64,000 nucleotides of DNA, from IMG/VR virus record IMGVR_UViG_3300023202_000142, positions 1-64,000 of that record. One strand, 5' to 3'. Position numbers and translations under genes: made by a program. Below the pieces are notes generated by a model. It was not told the origin of the DNA. It saw nothing but the letters and a program-made list of their open reading frames with translations, and did not search any database. Shown piece by piece: positions 1-7,781 of this stretch (positions are counted from its first letter, which is position 1; each line of letters opens with the position of its first letter). The DNA is from a virus.

Positions 1-297
1 GAAGCTGCTGGGGATGTCTTTGGTGCCCACGACGGCGAAGACGGGCTGGTTGTTGGCGTTGACGATGTCGTTGATCAACGCCTCGACGTCCCTGATGTTC
101 TCGCAGGAGAGCATGGCCTCGTTGTCCCAGAACTCTCCAATGTCTTCAATCGGCCCGACCAGGCCAACCTTCTCGATTGCTTCGATGTTGAGTCCAGGCA
201 GTTTGATGTGGGTGGGCATTCCAAACTCGGTTCCGTTCACCTGGTACCGGGCGTTGAGGTCGATTCGTTCATCGTCTGAGCCGTAAAAGATCTCCAT
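1..297 (-). CDS. hypothetical protein (partial, runs off window start)
   Basis: ATG at 297 with GGAGG SD; open to position 1 (MEIFYGSDDERIDLNARYQ...). Confidence 0.65.
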   Translation of the reverse strand, partial: MEIFYGSDDERIDLNARYQVNGTEFGMPTHIKLPGLNIEAIEKVGLVGPIEDIGEFWDNEAMLSCENIRDVEALINDIVNANNQPVFAVVGTKDIPSSF

Positions 298-309
298 GTG
301 ATCCTCCGT

Positions 310-939
310 TTAGTGCAGGGCCTCTTCGAGGCCGATAATGTCTGCTGGTCCCAGCAGTTCGAATCCCAGATACGCTGCGGCGTCTGGGCGTGGTGCTTGG
401 TCCTCGGTGAGGAACCGGAATCTCTTGTAGGGGATCCCGATGTCCCTGGCGATTCGCTGCGCTGCTTTGCGCGCCAGCATGTTGCAGGTGCTGCAGAGTG
501 AGTGTACGCGAACCGTGTATCCGTTCTGCCACCAGTAGGCGACCTGGGCGCCGAGTCGATCGGACCATGTGTCGGCACCTGTCCCTTCGATGAACGTCGC
601 CATGTCACTTGACCAGCCCCCCTTCCAGTCATTGGTCAATCTATGGCCGTGCCAAACCATCGGCGGCCGGGCAGTGAAGTGCAGTTCACCGGCTGCCATG
701 TCGAACGTCCTGGTAATCCAGCAGGGCATCACAAGAGCGTCCAACGCAACGGCGAGGTGTACTGCCTCTCGGTACTCTTCGAGTGCCAGGAAACGGCCCT
801 CCAGGTCGGCCCGGGTTGGCCTCATTTTCAGTACGGTGCCGGTGTTCGTGTCGACATCTGGTCCGCTGGCCATGAAGGTCAACGCGACGCCGTACGGGGC
901 AACCTCGGAGTTGGTGTGTTCAATCCACATGTCGACCAC
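310..939 (-). CDS. hypothetical protein
   Basis: 209-aa ORF in (-) gene run; no family recognised. Confidence 0.65.
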   Translation of the reverse strand: MVDMWIEHTNSEVAPYGVALTFMASGPDVDTNTGTVLKMRPTRADLEGRFLALEEYREAVHLAVALDALVMPCWITRTFDMAAGELHFTARPPMVWHGHRLTNDWKGGWSSDMATFIEGTGADTWSDRLGAQVAYWWQNGYTVRVHSLCSTCNMLARKAAQRIARDIGIPYKRFRFLTEDQAPRPDAAAYLGFELLGPADIIGLEEALH

Positions 940-1318
940 GGATCGTGATGTTTCTGGAGCTGCTGGGCTCCACGGAGATGGGCAGGTAGCGAAACCCCTT
1001 GTCGGTACTGGCGCCGGTATGCTCGATGTGCAGGGAGCCGTCAGCGTTGGCTCTGACGAGCCATCGGTGGCCGCCCCGTTCGATTTCCGTACCGGTTTTG
1101 GTTGGCGTGACCTTCAGCTCCTCGCCGGGTCCCGGTCGCCCGTTGGCGTCGGTGCACCCGGGTGCGATGTCGGTGTCGACCATCGATACGCTGGCCTCCC
1201 ATTGGTGATCCAGAATGACCTTGTTGCCGTTGATGCCGGTGACAGTATGGATGCCCCCGGTCTCTTTCCATCGCACCTCGGCGTAGAGTAGGTCGCGGTG
1301 TTCGTAGTCGGTTCTCAT
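920..1318 (-). CDS. hypothetical protein
   Basis: start moved to ATG 1318 (MRTDYEH) behind GGAGGAG. Confidence 0.65.
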   Translation of the reverse strand: MRTDYEHRDLLYAEVRWKETGGIHTVTGINGNKVILDHQWEASVSMVDTDIAPGCTDANGRPGPGEELKVTPTKTGTEIERGGHRWLVRANADGSLHIEHTGASTDKGFRYLPISVEPSSSRNITIRGRHVD

Positions 1319-1563
1319 GTCTCCTCCCATTCGTCGGCATCCATGTCCCGGGCGACGTCCGCGGGGTGCTCCCCCGTTTCCATGCCCCACTGTGACCGGG
1401 GCGCCAGGAGCTGTCCGCTCATGTTGTAGTCCCTGCCGCATTCGCAGGGATTCGTGTTGAGCAGGCACACCAAGGTGCGCCCGCAGTCGCATCGGATCTC
1501 TTGCCGGCTGACCGTGCGGCCTCGGCGATCCATCACTTCTTGTCTTCCCAGTTTCTCTGCCAT
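1315..1563 (-). CDS. small Cys-rich (CxC...CxC) phage protein
   Basis: RCDCG...CECGRDYNMSGQLLAPRSQWG; stop overlaps next start. Confidence 0.65.
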   Translation of the reverse strand: MAEKLGRQEVMDRRGRTVSRQEIRCDCGRTLVCLLNTNPCECGRDYNMSGQLLAPRSQWGMETGEHPADVARDMDADEWEET

Positions 1564-1574
1564 CGTTGTTCTCC

Positions 1575-1892
1575 TCAGAAGTAGATCGTCTTCGTCTCGT
1601 CATCGCGTCGATACTTGACCCGGGAGCATCCGGCGCGCTTCACCTTCCACCCGTCGTCGAGCGGCTCGCGGAGGCGCTCGAATAGCTCGGATGCCTCGAT
1701 GTCCTCGCGCAGCTCGGGATCCGGGATGCGCCGCCTGAAGCAGAAGGTCGAAAGCCCGTGGCCGAGATCTTCCTTGATCCTGACCACTTCGAGCATCGCA
1801 TCGCCGTCCAGGAAGGTGTTGAGATGGGCCCCCACAGGGGCCTCGCCGGTGGCGTGGGCGATGGTGATGTATCGTTTCACTGCGCGTCTCAT
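1575..1892 (-). CDS. hypothetical protein
   Basis: ATG 1892 behind GGAGAG. Confidence 0.6.
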   Translation of the reverse strand: MRRAVKRYITIAHATGEAPVGAHLNTFLDGDAMLEVVRIKEDLGHGLSTFCFRRRIPDPELREDIEASELFERLREPLDDGWKVKRAGCSRVKYRRDDETKTIYF

Positions 1893-1902
1893 TTGCTCTC
1901 CG

Positions 1903-3075
1903 TCAGGCGGCGTAGCCGGCTGGTACCGCGTATTCGTTGTGGGCCTCGACCTTGATGTCTCGGTAGGGCGAGTACTTGACGTTGTGCTTGCGGAAGCTGT
2001 TGAGCAGTCGCTTCCGGGCGTCTTTCCCGAGGAAGTGGCCAATCATGTCGAGGTAGACGGCGCAGAAGAGTCGGCCGTGCCCGGGGTGGCTTCGACGGTT
2101 TGTCATGCTTGACGACCGGATCTTGGCCCGCCCCGCGAAACCGACCAGGGCGTGACAGATCTCGTGGATGACGACCCACTTTCGCCAGTGGTGTGTTCCC
2201 GCGGTCGAGATTCTGACCCGGTAGCCGTCGCGGCAGTGAGACCATCCACCACGTGTTTTCTTCTCCAGCCGGATCCGACTGACGTCGCCGAATCGGCGTT
2301 CGACGTAGGAGGAAGTGACGACGCGGTCGAAGAACTTCTCGACCTGCCTCCAGGTCTTGAGATCCTGTCCCTCTTCGAGCACTGACTCTGCGGTGTAGAG
2401 GTTCTTGCGGCGGGTGTCATATTCGCGACCCCACTTGTCGACGCTGTTGCCATCGAAGTAGTAGAGTTCGCGGGTCACGTAGGTTGGCGGATTCGCCAGC
2501 GAGCACCGCGTGATGAGCCGATGGAACCCCGAGGTATCGACGGGGTCTGGCTCCGGTTCCGGCTCAGGCGGCTCAGGTGCTGGTTTGGGTTCCGGCATGC
2601 CTGGCGGCCAGACCTTTTTCATCGCGTGGACGAGGACGGCCTCCTCGGCATCTCCGAGGGTGGGGACTGACGCCTTGACGACGGGGTCATTCTTCCACGG
2701 CTCACCTTTGCCGTCCCAGCCCTGAAACTTGAACTCGTTTCGAGTCACCTTCCAGCCGTCGTCGAGACGGTGGGCGGTGTAGCCCGCGGTGTTGTAGCAG
2801 GTTGTTTTGCCAGGGACCGGTCGTTTGACGGTCAGGCTGTAGTCCCCGTTGGGCTTGCGGACCCGCTCCACTTCGCAGGGCCGGGCTTCGTAGAACTCGA
2901 CGGGGTTTTTCTTTGAGCGGCAGGCGTGACACCAGGACTGCGGCATCCGCCCTTCGTAACGCCAGCCGAAGAGACGCTCAATCTCTTCGTTGCCGACTGC
3001 TACCGTCGAGACTCCGTGCTTTCGGCACCGGGGGCACGACGTGACCAGTGGCTTGGCCTTGAGTGCTTTGGTCAT
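1903..3075 (-). CDS. N-terminal Zn-module + C-terminal SprT-like/zincin metalloprotease domain protein
   Basis: CPRC...QSWCHAC N-terminus, Pro/Glu linker, IHEICHAL (HExxH) followed by HPGHGRLF; promoter cassette and GGAGGTAGC upstream. Confidence 0.7.
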   Translation of the reverse strand: MTKALKAKPLVTSCPRCRKHGVSTVAVGNEEIERLFGWRYEGRMPQSWCHACRSKKNPVEFYEARPCEVERVRKPNGDYSLTVKRPVPGKTTCYNTAGYTAHRLDDGWKVTRNEFKFQGWDGKGEPWKNDPVVKASVPTLGDAEEAVLVHAMKKVWPPGMPEPKPAPEPPEPEPEPDPVDTSGFHRLITRCSLANPPTYVTRELYYFDGNSVDKWGREYDTRRKNLYTAESVLEEGQDLKTWRQVEKFFDRVVTSSYVERRFGDVSRIRLEKKTRGGWSHCRDGYRVRISTAGTHHWRKWVVIHEICHALVGFAGRAKIRSSSMTNRRSHPGHGRLFCAVYLDMIGHFLGKDARKRLLNSFRKHNVKYSPYRDIKVEAHNEYAVPAGYAA

Positions 3076-3095
3076 TGGCTACCTCCTCTTGGCAG

Positions 3096-3158
3096 GGGAG
3101 AGCGGGGTGGTCTCTCCCGGAGCACTGACAATATGTGCACACTGTGCACGCAGTCAAG
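3096..3158 (-). promoter_or_regulatory. phage promoter cassette + 5' UTR hairpin
   Basis: (-) TTGACT-18 nt containing GTGCAC-AGT-GTGCAC-TATTGT; then GGGAGAG/CTCTCCC stem with ACCACCCCG loop. Confidence 0.75.
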
Positions 3159-3193
3159 TTGATTTGTTCGGTGATCTGGAATACATATTGTGC

Positions 3194-4507
3194 ATGTCGA
3201 ATCTGGTCGAGTCGGTCGATAAGCTAATAGAGGCGGTCCAGAAGCCTGCCATTCGAGAGGCGGGTCGACGTGTTCAGTTTGTGTTTCCCTACGACAGAGA
3301 CCTGAAGAACCGCCTGAAGAAACTCGGGGCAAAGTGGGACTCCGATAAGAGGGTCTGGTGGGCTGGCCAGCGTCATCGGAACCTCGATAAGATGCGGAAG
3401 GCGTTTGAGAGTTGGGCGGAGGGGTACAGGAAAGCTGATCGAGTCGAGTTCGAGTTCGAGTTCGATGCCAAGCTAAAGGACGCCTTGAAGTCCCTTGGCG
3501 CCAAGTGGGATCCGAAGAACAAGGTCTGGTGGGTGAAGTCGAACCACCGCAACATCGCAAAGATGCGGGTTGCCTACGATCGAGGGATGAAGCGCATCAG
3601 GCGCCAGCGACGTGCCAAGGACAACTTCAAGGACGAAGCGGACCGAAGACGAAGCGAGGGGCTCGCGATCAAGGTCCCCTACGACATCAGGAAGGTCGCA
3701 AAAAATGCTGGGGGGATCTGGGATAACCGCAAGAAAGTGTGGTTGATGCCAGACGAAGAGTCTAAAGAGCTGGTCCAGGGGGAAATCCAGAAGTTCCGCG
3801 AGGAACAACGGAAGGTGGAACGACAGCGCAAGCAGCGCGAGATCAAGAGGGAGTTGGGGTTCGACCCCAAGGATTTCGATTCCATCACCCAGGTGTCCAG
3901 AACCAAGCGAGATCGGAGGTCTGAAGGGGATGTCTTCATCCTCAGTAACACGCCAAGGAACAACAAGGCGTACGGCCTCAAGAAAGGTGATGCTGTATAT
4001 GTAGAGGGTGTCAGGTCGGAATACGTTTCTGATGATTTCTCGTCATTTGGTGGCCCGCCTGGCTGGGAGGATGGGTGGAGACACGTTCTCTACATTCGAC
4101 CCGCAACCGATGAAGAGGCTGGCCCGGTTCTGTCTCGCCAGAAGAAGAGAGAGGCAAGGAACGATGCGCTCAAGCGGGTCGACGAGATTGAGAAGAGGAT
4201 CACGAAGAAGGGGGAGATTCCGCGGGACTACCCGAAAGAGTCTGGCATCAGGGTTTTGGCCCGCAATGAACGGCTTCGTCTGTACGGAGGCGGTTCCTGG
4301 TTTGCCATCACTCGGAAATCGATCTGGTTCATCAGGAACAACGGAGCCGATGGCGATAACTGGGCGAGGAACAACGTCAGGACCGGCGGTGCTGGGGCGA
4401 TCGGCTGGCGCATCAAGCGCAACGAGAAATTGGCCGACGAGATGAAATCGCTTCACGCCGTGATTCACGATGACAATCCCGAGGACTATCAGGTCAGGCC
4501 CGGGTAG
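3194..4507 (+). CDS. protein with three DUF5710-like repeats
   Basis: three F/VPYD..LK.LGA.WD...KVWW units; start MSNLVESVDKLIEA; only (+) gene in the left arm. Confidence 0.65.
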   Translation: MSNLVESVDKLIEAVQKPAIREAGRRVQFVFPYDRDLKNRLKKLGAKWDSDKRVWWAGQRHRNLDKMRKAFESWAEGYRKADRVEFEFEFDAKLKDALKSLGAKWDPKNKVWWVKSNHRNIAKMRVAYDRGMKRIRRQRRAKDNFKDEADRRRSEGLAIKVPYDIRKVAKNAGGIWDNRKKVWLMPDEESKELVQGEIQKFREEQRKVERQRKQREIKRELGFDPKDFDSITQVSRTKRDRRSEGDVFILSNTPRNNKAYGLKKGDAVYVEGVRSEYVSDDFSSFGGPPGWEDGWRHVLYIRPATDEEAGPVLSRQKKREARNDALKRVDEIEKRITKKGEIPRDYPKESGIRVLARNERLRLYGGGSWFAITRKSIWFIRNNGADGDNWARNNVRTGGAGAIGWRIKRNEKLADEMKSLHAVIHDDNPEDYQVRPG

Positions 4508-5003
4508 CCAGAAGGTCTAGCGCGCCGACCACCTGGATGAGGTAGTCCTCCAGGAGAACCGGGTTAATGCTGACTAGCCGTCGTGCTTCGGACAGCAACC
4601 CGATGAACACCTTCTCGGCATCTAGGGGCCGTTGAACCGCGACTCTGCCAGCGCACAGGAGCCCGCGCCCAAAGTCGTGTTCCAGGCAGACCCACACCGC
4701 GCCGCCCGCCACTGAGGCAGCCATTCCGACCCACTTGGCGTGTTTGGTGCTGCACAGGCCCACCGGTCCTTCATACTTCAGGCCAGCCTTCTCGATCGAT
4801 CGGATTTCGGAGAGCCATCGGTCTGTGGCCCATTTCCTGTTCTTGATGCGGCGTCTGCGTTCTTCCTCTGCGCGTTGGCGCTCAACAGCCTTGTCGTAAG
4901 CTCTTTGCGTTTCTCTGGCGGTCTTCTTGTTGTCCTCGGTAGGTTTGCGGGCAGCTCGCCTTTGCGCTTCTCTGGCGACGTCTAGTTTGGTTTCGATAGT
5001 CAT
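4494..5003 (-). CDS. hypothetical protein
   Basis: ATG 5003 behind GAGGAGAG. Confidence 0.6.
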   Translation of the reverse strand: MTIETKLDVAREAQRRAARKPTEDNKKTARETQRAYDKAVERQRAEEERRRRIKNRKWATDRWLSEIRSIEKAGLKYEGPVGLCSTKHAKWVGMAASVAGGAVWVCLEHDFGRGLLCAGRVAVQRPLDAEKVFIGLLSEARRLVSINPVLLEDYLIQVVGALDLLATRA

Positions 5004-5011
5004 GTCTCTCC

Positions 5012-5791
5012 TCATGCAGTGAGTTTGAGTTCGCCGTGTTTGGCGAGAATGTCGTTGAGGCGTCGGATTGTGTCGTCGTCTTTGACCCAGAGGTGCAGGT
5101 TGCCGTTCTTGTACCAGCGGGCCTCGATCACGCCGTGGAAGGTCTCGCTGTCGTTCTGCTTGGCCGCCTCTCGGATGCACCCCCGGATCCCACCCATCCT
5201 GTCGGGGACCTCTTCGCCTCGGACCAGGCAGACGGCGCGCTCGAAATCGCCGACGCGCTCGTCACCCCAACTGTAGCTGAGGTAACCGTTGTCCATCGCG
5301 TGCGTGAGGATCAGTCGTCGCCCAAAGCCGGAGCCCGAGTTGGACTTGAAGGACTTTCTGAGGCTGTTGAAGAGGTCGCAGATCGACTCTTCGATGATTT
5401 CGGGAGCCCTGGACGCCAGATCGAACGCGGTGGCCATGAGCGTTTCGACGCTGACCTCTGGCGGGTCTCTTTCGAGCTGGTCATCGAACTTGCGTTTCCG
5501 TTTGGTGTCGAAGAGGTCTCCGAGCCCGGTGGAGTCGAAGAGATGTCGCCAGACGTATCGGTCCAGTTCTTTGCGGATGTCCTCGACGCTGCCCTCGTCG
5601 GGCCTGCTGCCGAGGCTCTGCATCACCTTGCGACTGGGACCGAAACCGTAGGCGTGCTGGCTCAGCGTAGCCTTTCTGGCCGCCTTGTTGGCTTCAGCGA
5701 TCAACTCGACGGCGCGCCGATAGAGATCCAGTGCGCGGTCGCGGTGGGCGCAGATCTCTTCTGCGGAGTCTTTGCGGATCATGTCAGTCAT
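5012..5791 (-). CDS. DUF4942-like protein
   Basis: ELDRYVWRHLFDSTG...F..QL..DPPE.S.E...AT...KSN...RWYKNGNLHL pattern. Confidence 0.7.
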   Translation of the reverse strand: MTDMIRKDSAEEICAHRDRALDLYRRAVELIAEANKAARKATLSQHAYGFGPSRKVMQSLGSRPDEGSVEDIRKELDRYVWRHLFDSTGLGDLFDTKRKRKFDDQLERDPPEVSVETLMATAFDLASRAPEIIEESICDLFNSLRKSFKSNSGSGFGRRLILTHAMDNGYLSYSWGDERVGDFERAVCLVRGEEVPDRMGGIRGCIREAAKQNDSETFHGVIEARWYKNGNLHLWVKDDDTIRRLNDILAKHGELKLTA

Positions 5792-6288
5792 GTCGCTTCC
5801 TCATGATGGGTGTTGTCGGTCAAGAATTTGATTGCACGTGGTACCCAGTCCCCAAAGAACTCGAAGACTTTAGCGCGCTGGTTCTTTTCGTAGGCCAGCC
5901 ATTCTTTGCGTTCTCGGTCATACATGTGCGCGAGGCCCATTCGGCTAACGTATGGCCACTCTGGTCGGTCGTGAAACTCCTGAGCCAACCCATGAGCAGA
6001 GGCTCTGACCTTTTTTGGCACAGGACTGGGTCGGCTCAGAATGGACCAACTTCCTCTGGAGAGTCTGGTCAATCGATCGATGAGTTCACGGATCTGGTCG
6101 ACGTCGAAATCAGCGCCGAAATCGCCGGCCCGCCGGTAGGTGGTAAAATTGCCGCTCAAGGGGACCTTTTCCCCGTCGTACCGCTGGCAGGTTATTGTCC
6201 AGGTGTCGCTGTCACGACGCAGACTGTAGATGCCGTAGAACAGCTTGAGGTCGAGATGGTCGTCAGAGTGTCGCGTCAAGTTGCTCAT
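5788..6288 (-). CDS. hypothetical protein
   Basis: ATG 6288 behind GGAGG. Confidence 0.6.
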   Translation of the reverse strand: MSNLTRHSDDHLDLKLFYGIYSLRRDSDTWTITCQRYDGEKVPLSGNFTTYRRAGDFGADFDVDQIRELIDRLTRLSRGSWSILSRPSPVPKKVRASAHGLAQEFHDRPEWPYVSRMGLAHMYDRERKEWLAYEKNQRAKVFEFFGDWVPRAIKFLTDNTHHEEAT

Positions 6289-6572
6289 GCTGCCTCCAGT
6301 GTTCCGTAATGGCTCGACCATCGAAGCCGGTGTTCATCGGTCTCGATGTCGAGGCTGTCGGGTTCTTTGCCGAACGCCCTGGCCGCGTCGAGCGCAGTGT
6401 TGACGTCCTCGCAGAGGGTGTCAGACACGAAGTGTTCGTAGAGCCCGTCGCGTCGGTAGCAATAGACCTTGTACTTGCCGCCCTCCCGTCGACTGTGGGT
6501 GACAAGCGCGCAGTTGGCCTTCCAGGGCCCCGTGGCGGTCTCAAAATGGGCTGTGAAGTAGTATGGCATCAT
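6285..6572 (-). CDS. hypothetical protein
   Basis: overlapping start/stop junctions both sides. Confidence 0.6.
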   Translation of the reverse strand: MMPYYFTAHFETATGPWKANCALVTHSRREGGKYKVYCYRRDGLYEHFVSDTLCEDVNTALDAARAFGKEPDSLDIETDEHRLRWSSHYGTLEAA

Positions 6573-6925
6573 TCCTCCTCGGTGGATGGCGGAACGCCTT
6601 CTGGGCCCTCCCAGGGCCCGTAGTGACGGTATCGGGTCAACATCTTGCGGGCCTCTTCGGCCGTGTACTGGAAGCAGTTGTCAGGGTCGATCTTTCCGAT
6701 CGCGTAGTACTCTCGACGACTGCAGGTGATTCGACGCCCGTTGGCGTAATCGAGAACGGTTTCGCCGATCTCTACCCAGGCGTGACCGAAGTAGCCGAAA
6801 GGTGGGCGCTGCAGCCAGGGCATCCCATGGACCAGGACCGCTGACGTGCTGCCGGCGAGTGCCAGGTCGACTACCATGTTCGCGGCGGTTTCGTAGCAGT
6901 CGCCTTCGTTAGTCCAGTCATTCAT
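6569..6925 (-). CDS. transglutaminase/papain-like fold protein (putative)
   Basis: GDCYE...GHAWVE...VLD gives a Cys-His-Asp arrangement. Confidence 0.5.
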   Translation of the reverse strand: MNDWTNEGDCYETAANMVVDLALAGSTSAVLVHGMPWLQRPPFGYFGHAWVEIGETVLDYANGRRITCSRREYYAIGKIDPDNCFQYTAEEARKMLTRYRHYGPWEGPEGVPPSTEEE

Positions 6926-7115
6926 GGATGATCCTCCCGGTGTAATAGGCGGTGACACGCCCGCAGCATCGACACTTCCATGCCCAGCACTCGAAGCCCT
7001 TGGTCAGGCGACTCCACTTCCCCCGGGTGACGTCACCATCAGTGAAGACGGTGACCCGGTCGTGGACGGCCTCGGCGTCGCAGCGTTCACAGTGTCGGGT
7101 GGCTCCAGCGGGCAT
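6918..7115 (-). CDS. small Zn-ribbon protein
   Basis: CERC...CRCC; GGAGGTAGC SD. Confidence 0.6.
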   Translation of the reverse strand: MPAGATRHCERCDAEAVHDRVTVFTDGDVTRGKWSRLTKGFECWAWKCRCCGRVTAYYTGRIIHE

Positions 7116-7135
7116 GTTGCTACCTCCGTTGATGA

Positions 7136-7197
7136 TCGGGCGAGCGGGGTGACTCTCCGAGCAAGGTTAATGTGTGCACGTAGTGCACTGGGTCAAG
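7136..7197 (-). promoter_or_regulatory. phage promoter cassette + UTR hairpin
   Basis: (-) TTGACC-CAGTGCACTACGTGCACA; hairpin loop TCACCCCG. Confidence 0.65.
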
Positions 7198-7203
7198 CGC
7201 ATC

Positions 7204-7446
7204 CTATCGGAAGCGATCGACGAGTTCTTTGGTGCCGCGCCAGCCGGCGTAGACGGTCTGGAGTCGGACCAGGACTGCAGTTACCGCATCGGGCGATTTC
7301 GTCGCCGTCATGTTGAAGACGACGTCACGACCAGCGGCGATGTCGGCCATGACCTTGCGGCCCTTCTCGCGCATGAACTCCGCGGGGCCCTCGACCATCT
7401 CGGTGTCGGCGCAGTAGGTGAATTTTCCAACGGTCTTGTCTTTCAT
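7204..7446 (-). CDS. hypothetical protein
   Basis: ATG 7446 behind AGGAGG. Confidence 0.6.
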   Translation of the reverse strand: MKDKTVGKFTYCADTEMVEGPAEFMREKGRKVMADIAAGRDVVFNMTATKSPDAVTAVLVRLQTVYAGWRGTKELVDRFR

Positions 7447-7492
7447 TGTTGCCTCCTGGGGCAAAGGTAGGTGGGGCGAGTGAGCCGGGTGC

Positions 7493-7666
7493 TCACTTGA
7501 AGGCGTCACGCCAGTTCGGGCCGGCGAGCGCCGCGAGTTTGTTCAATTCCTCGGTCGCCTTCTCGACGAACTCCTCGTCGGTCTCGGATTCCTCCGCGGC
7601 TTTGTTCAGTTCGCAGCGGATGACCTTGGTCTCGACCTTCTCGGTTTTCTTCGCTTTCTTTGCCAT
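7493..7666 (-). CDS. small charged hypothetical protein (57 aa)
   Basis: MAKKAKKTEKVETKVIRCELN...; GGAGGTAGC SD; below ORF-track cutoff. Confidence 0.6.
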   Translation of the reverse strand: MAKKAKKTEKVETKVIRCELNKAAEESETDEEFVEKATEELNKLAALAGPNWRDAFK

Positions 7667-7690
7667 TTGCTACCTCCGGGGTAGGGTGGA

Positions 7691-7751
7691 GCCGGGAGGC
7701 GGGTGACCTCTCCGGCACCTTCATTATGTGCACGCTGTGCACGGCGTCAAG
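7691..7751 (-). promoter_or_regulatory. phage promoter cassette + UTR hairpin
   Basis: (-) TTGACG-CCGTGCACAGCGTGCA-CATAAT; hairpin loop TCACCCG. Confidence 0.7.
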
Positions 7752-7781
7752 GGCATGAAACGGGATTGCGGCACGGCATTC

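Noticed and set aside
569-1291. Long antisense ORFs (e.g. 569-1291 +, 5036-5806 +, 19732-20529 +, 36825-37736 -, 53660-54400 -)
   Set aside because: Shadow frames opposite well-formed genes in GC-rich DNA; no SD, no motif.
2545-2600. PEPKPAPEPPEPEPEPDP imperfect repeats
   Set aside because: Ordinary Pro/Glu interdomain linker.
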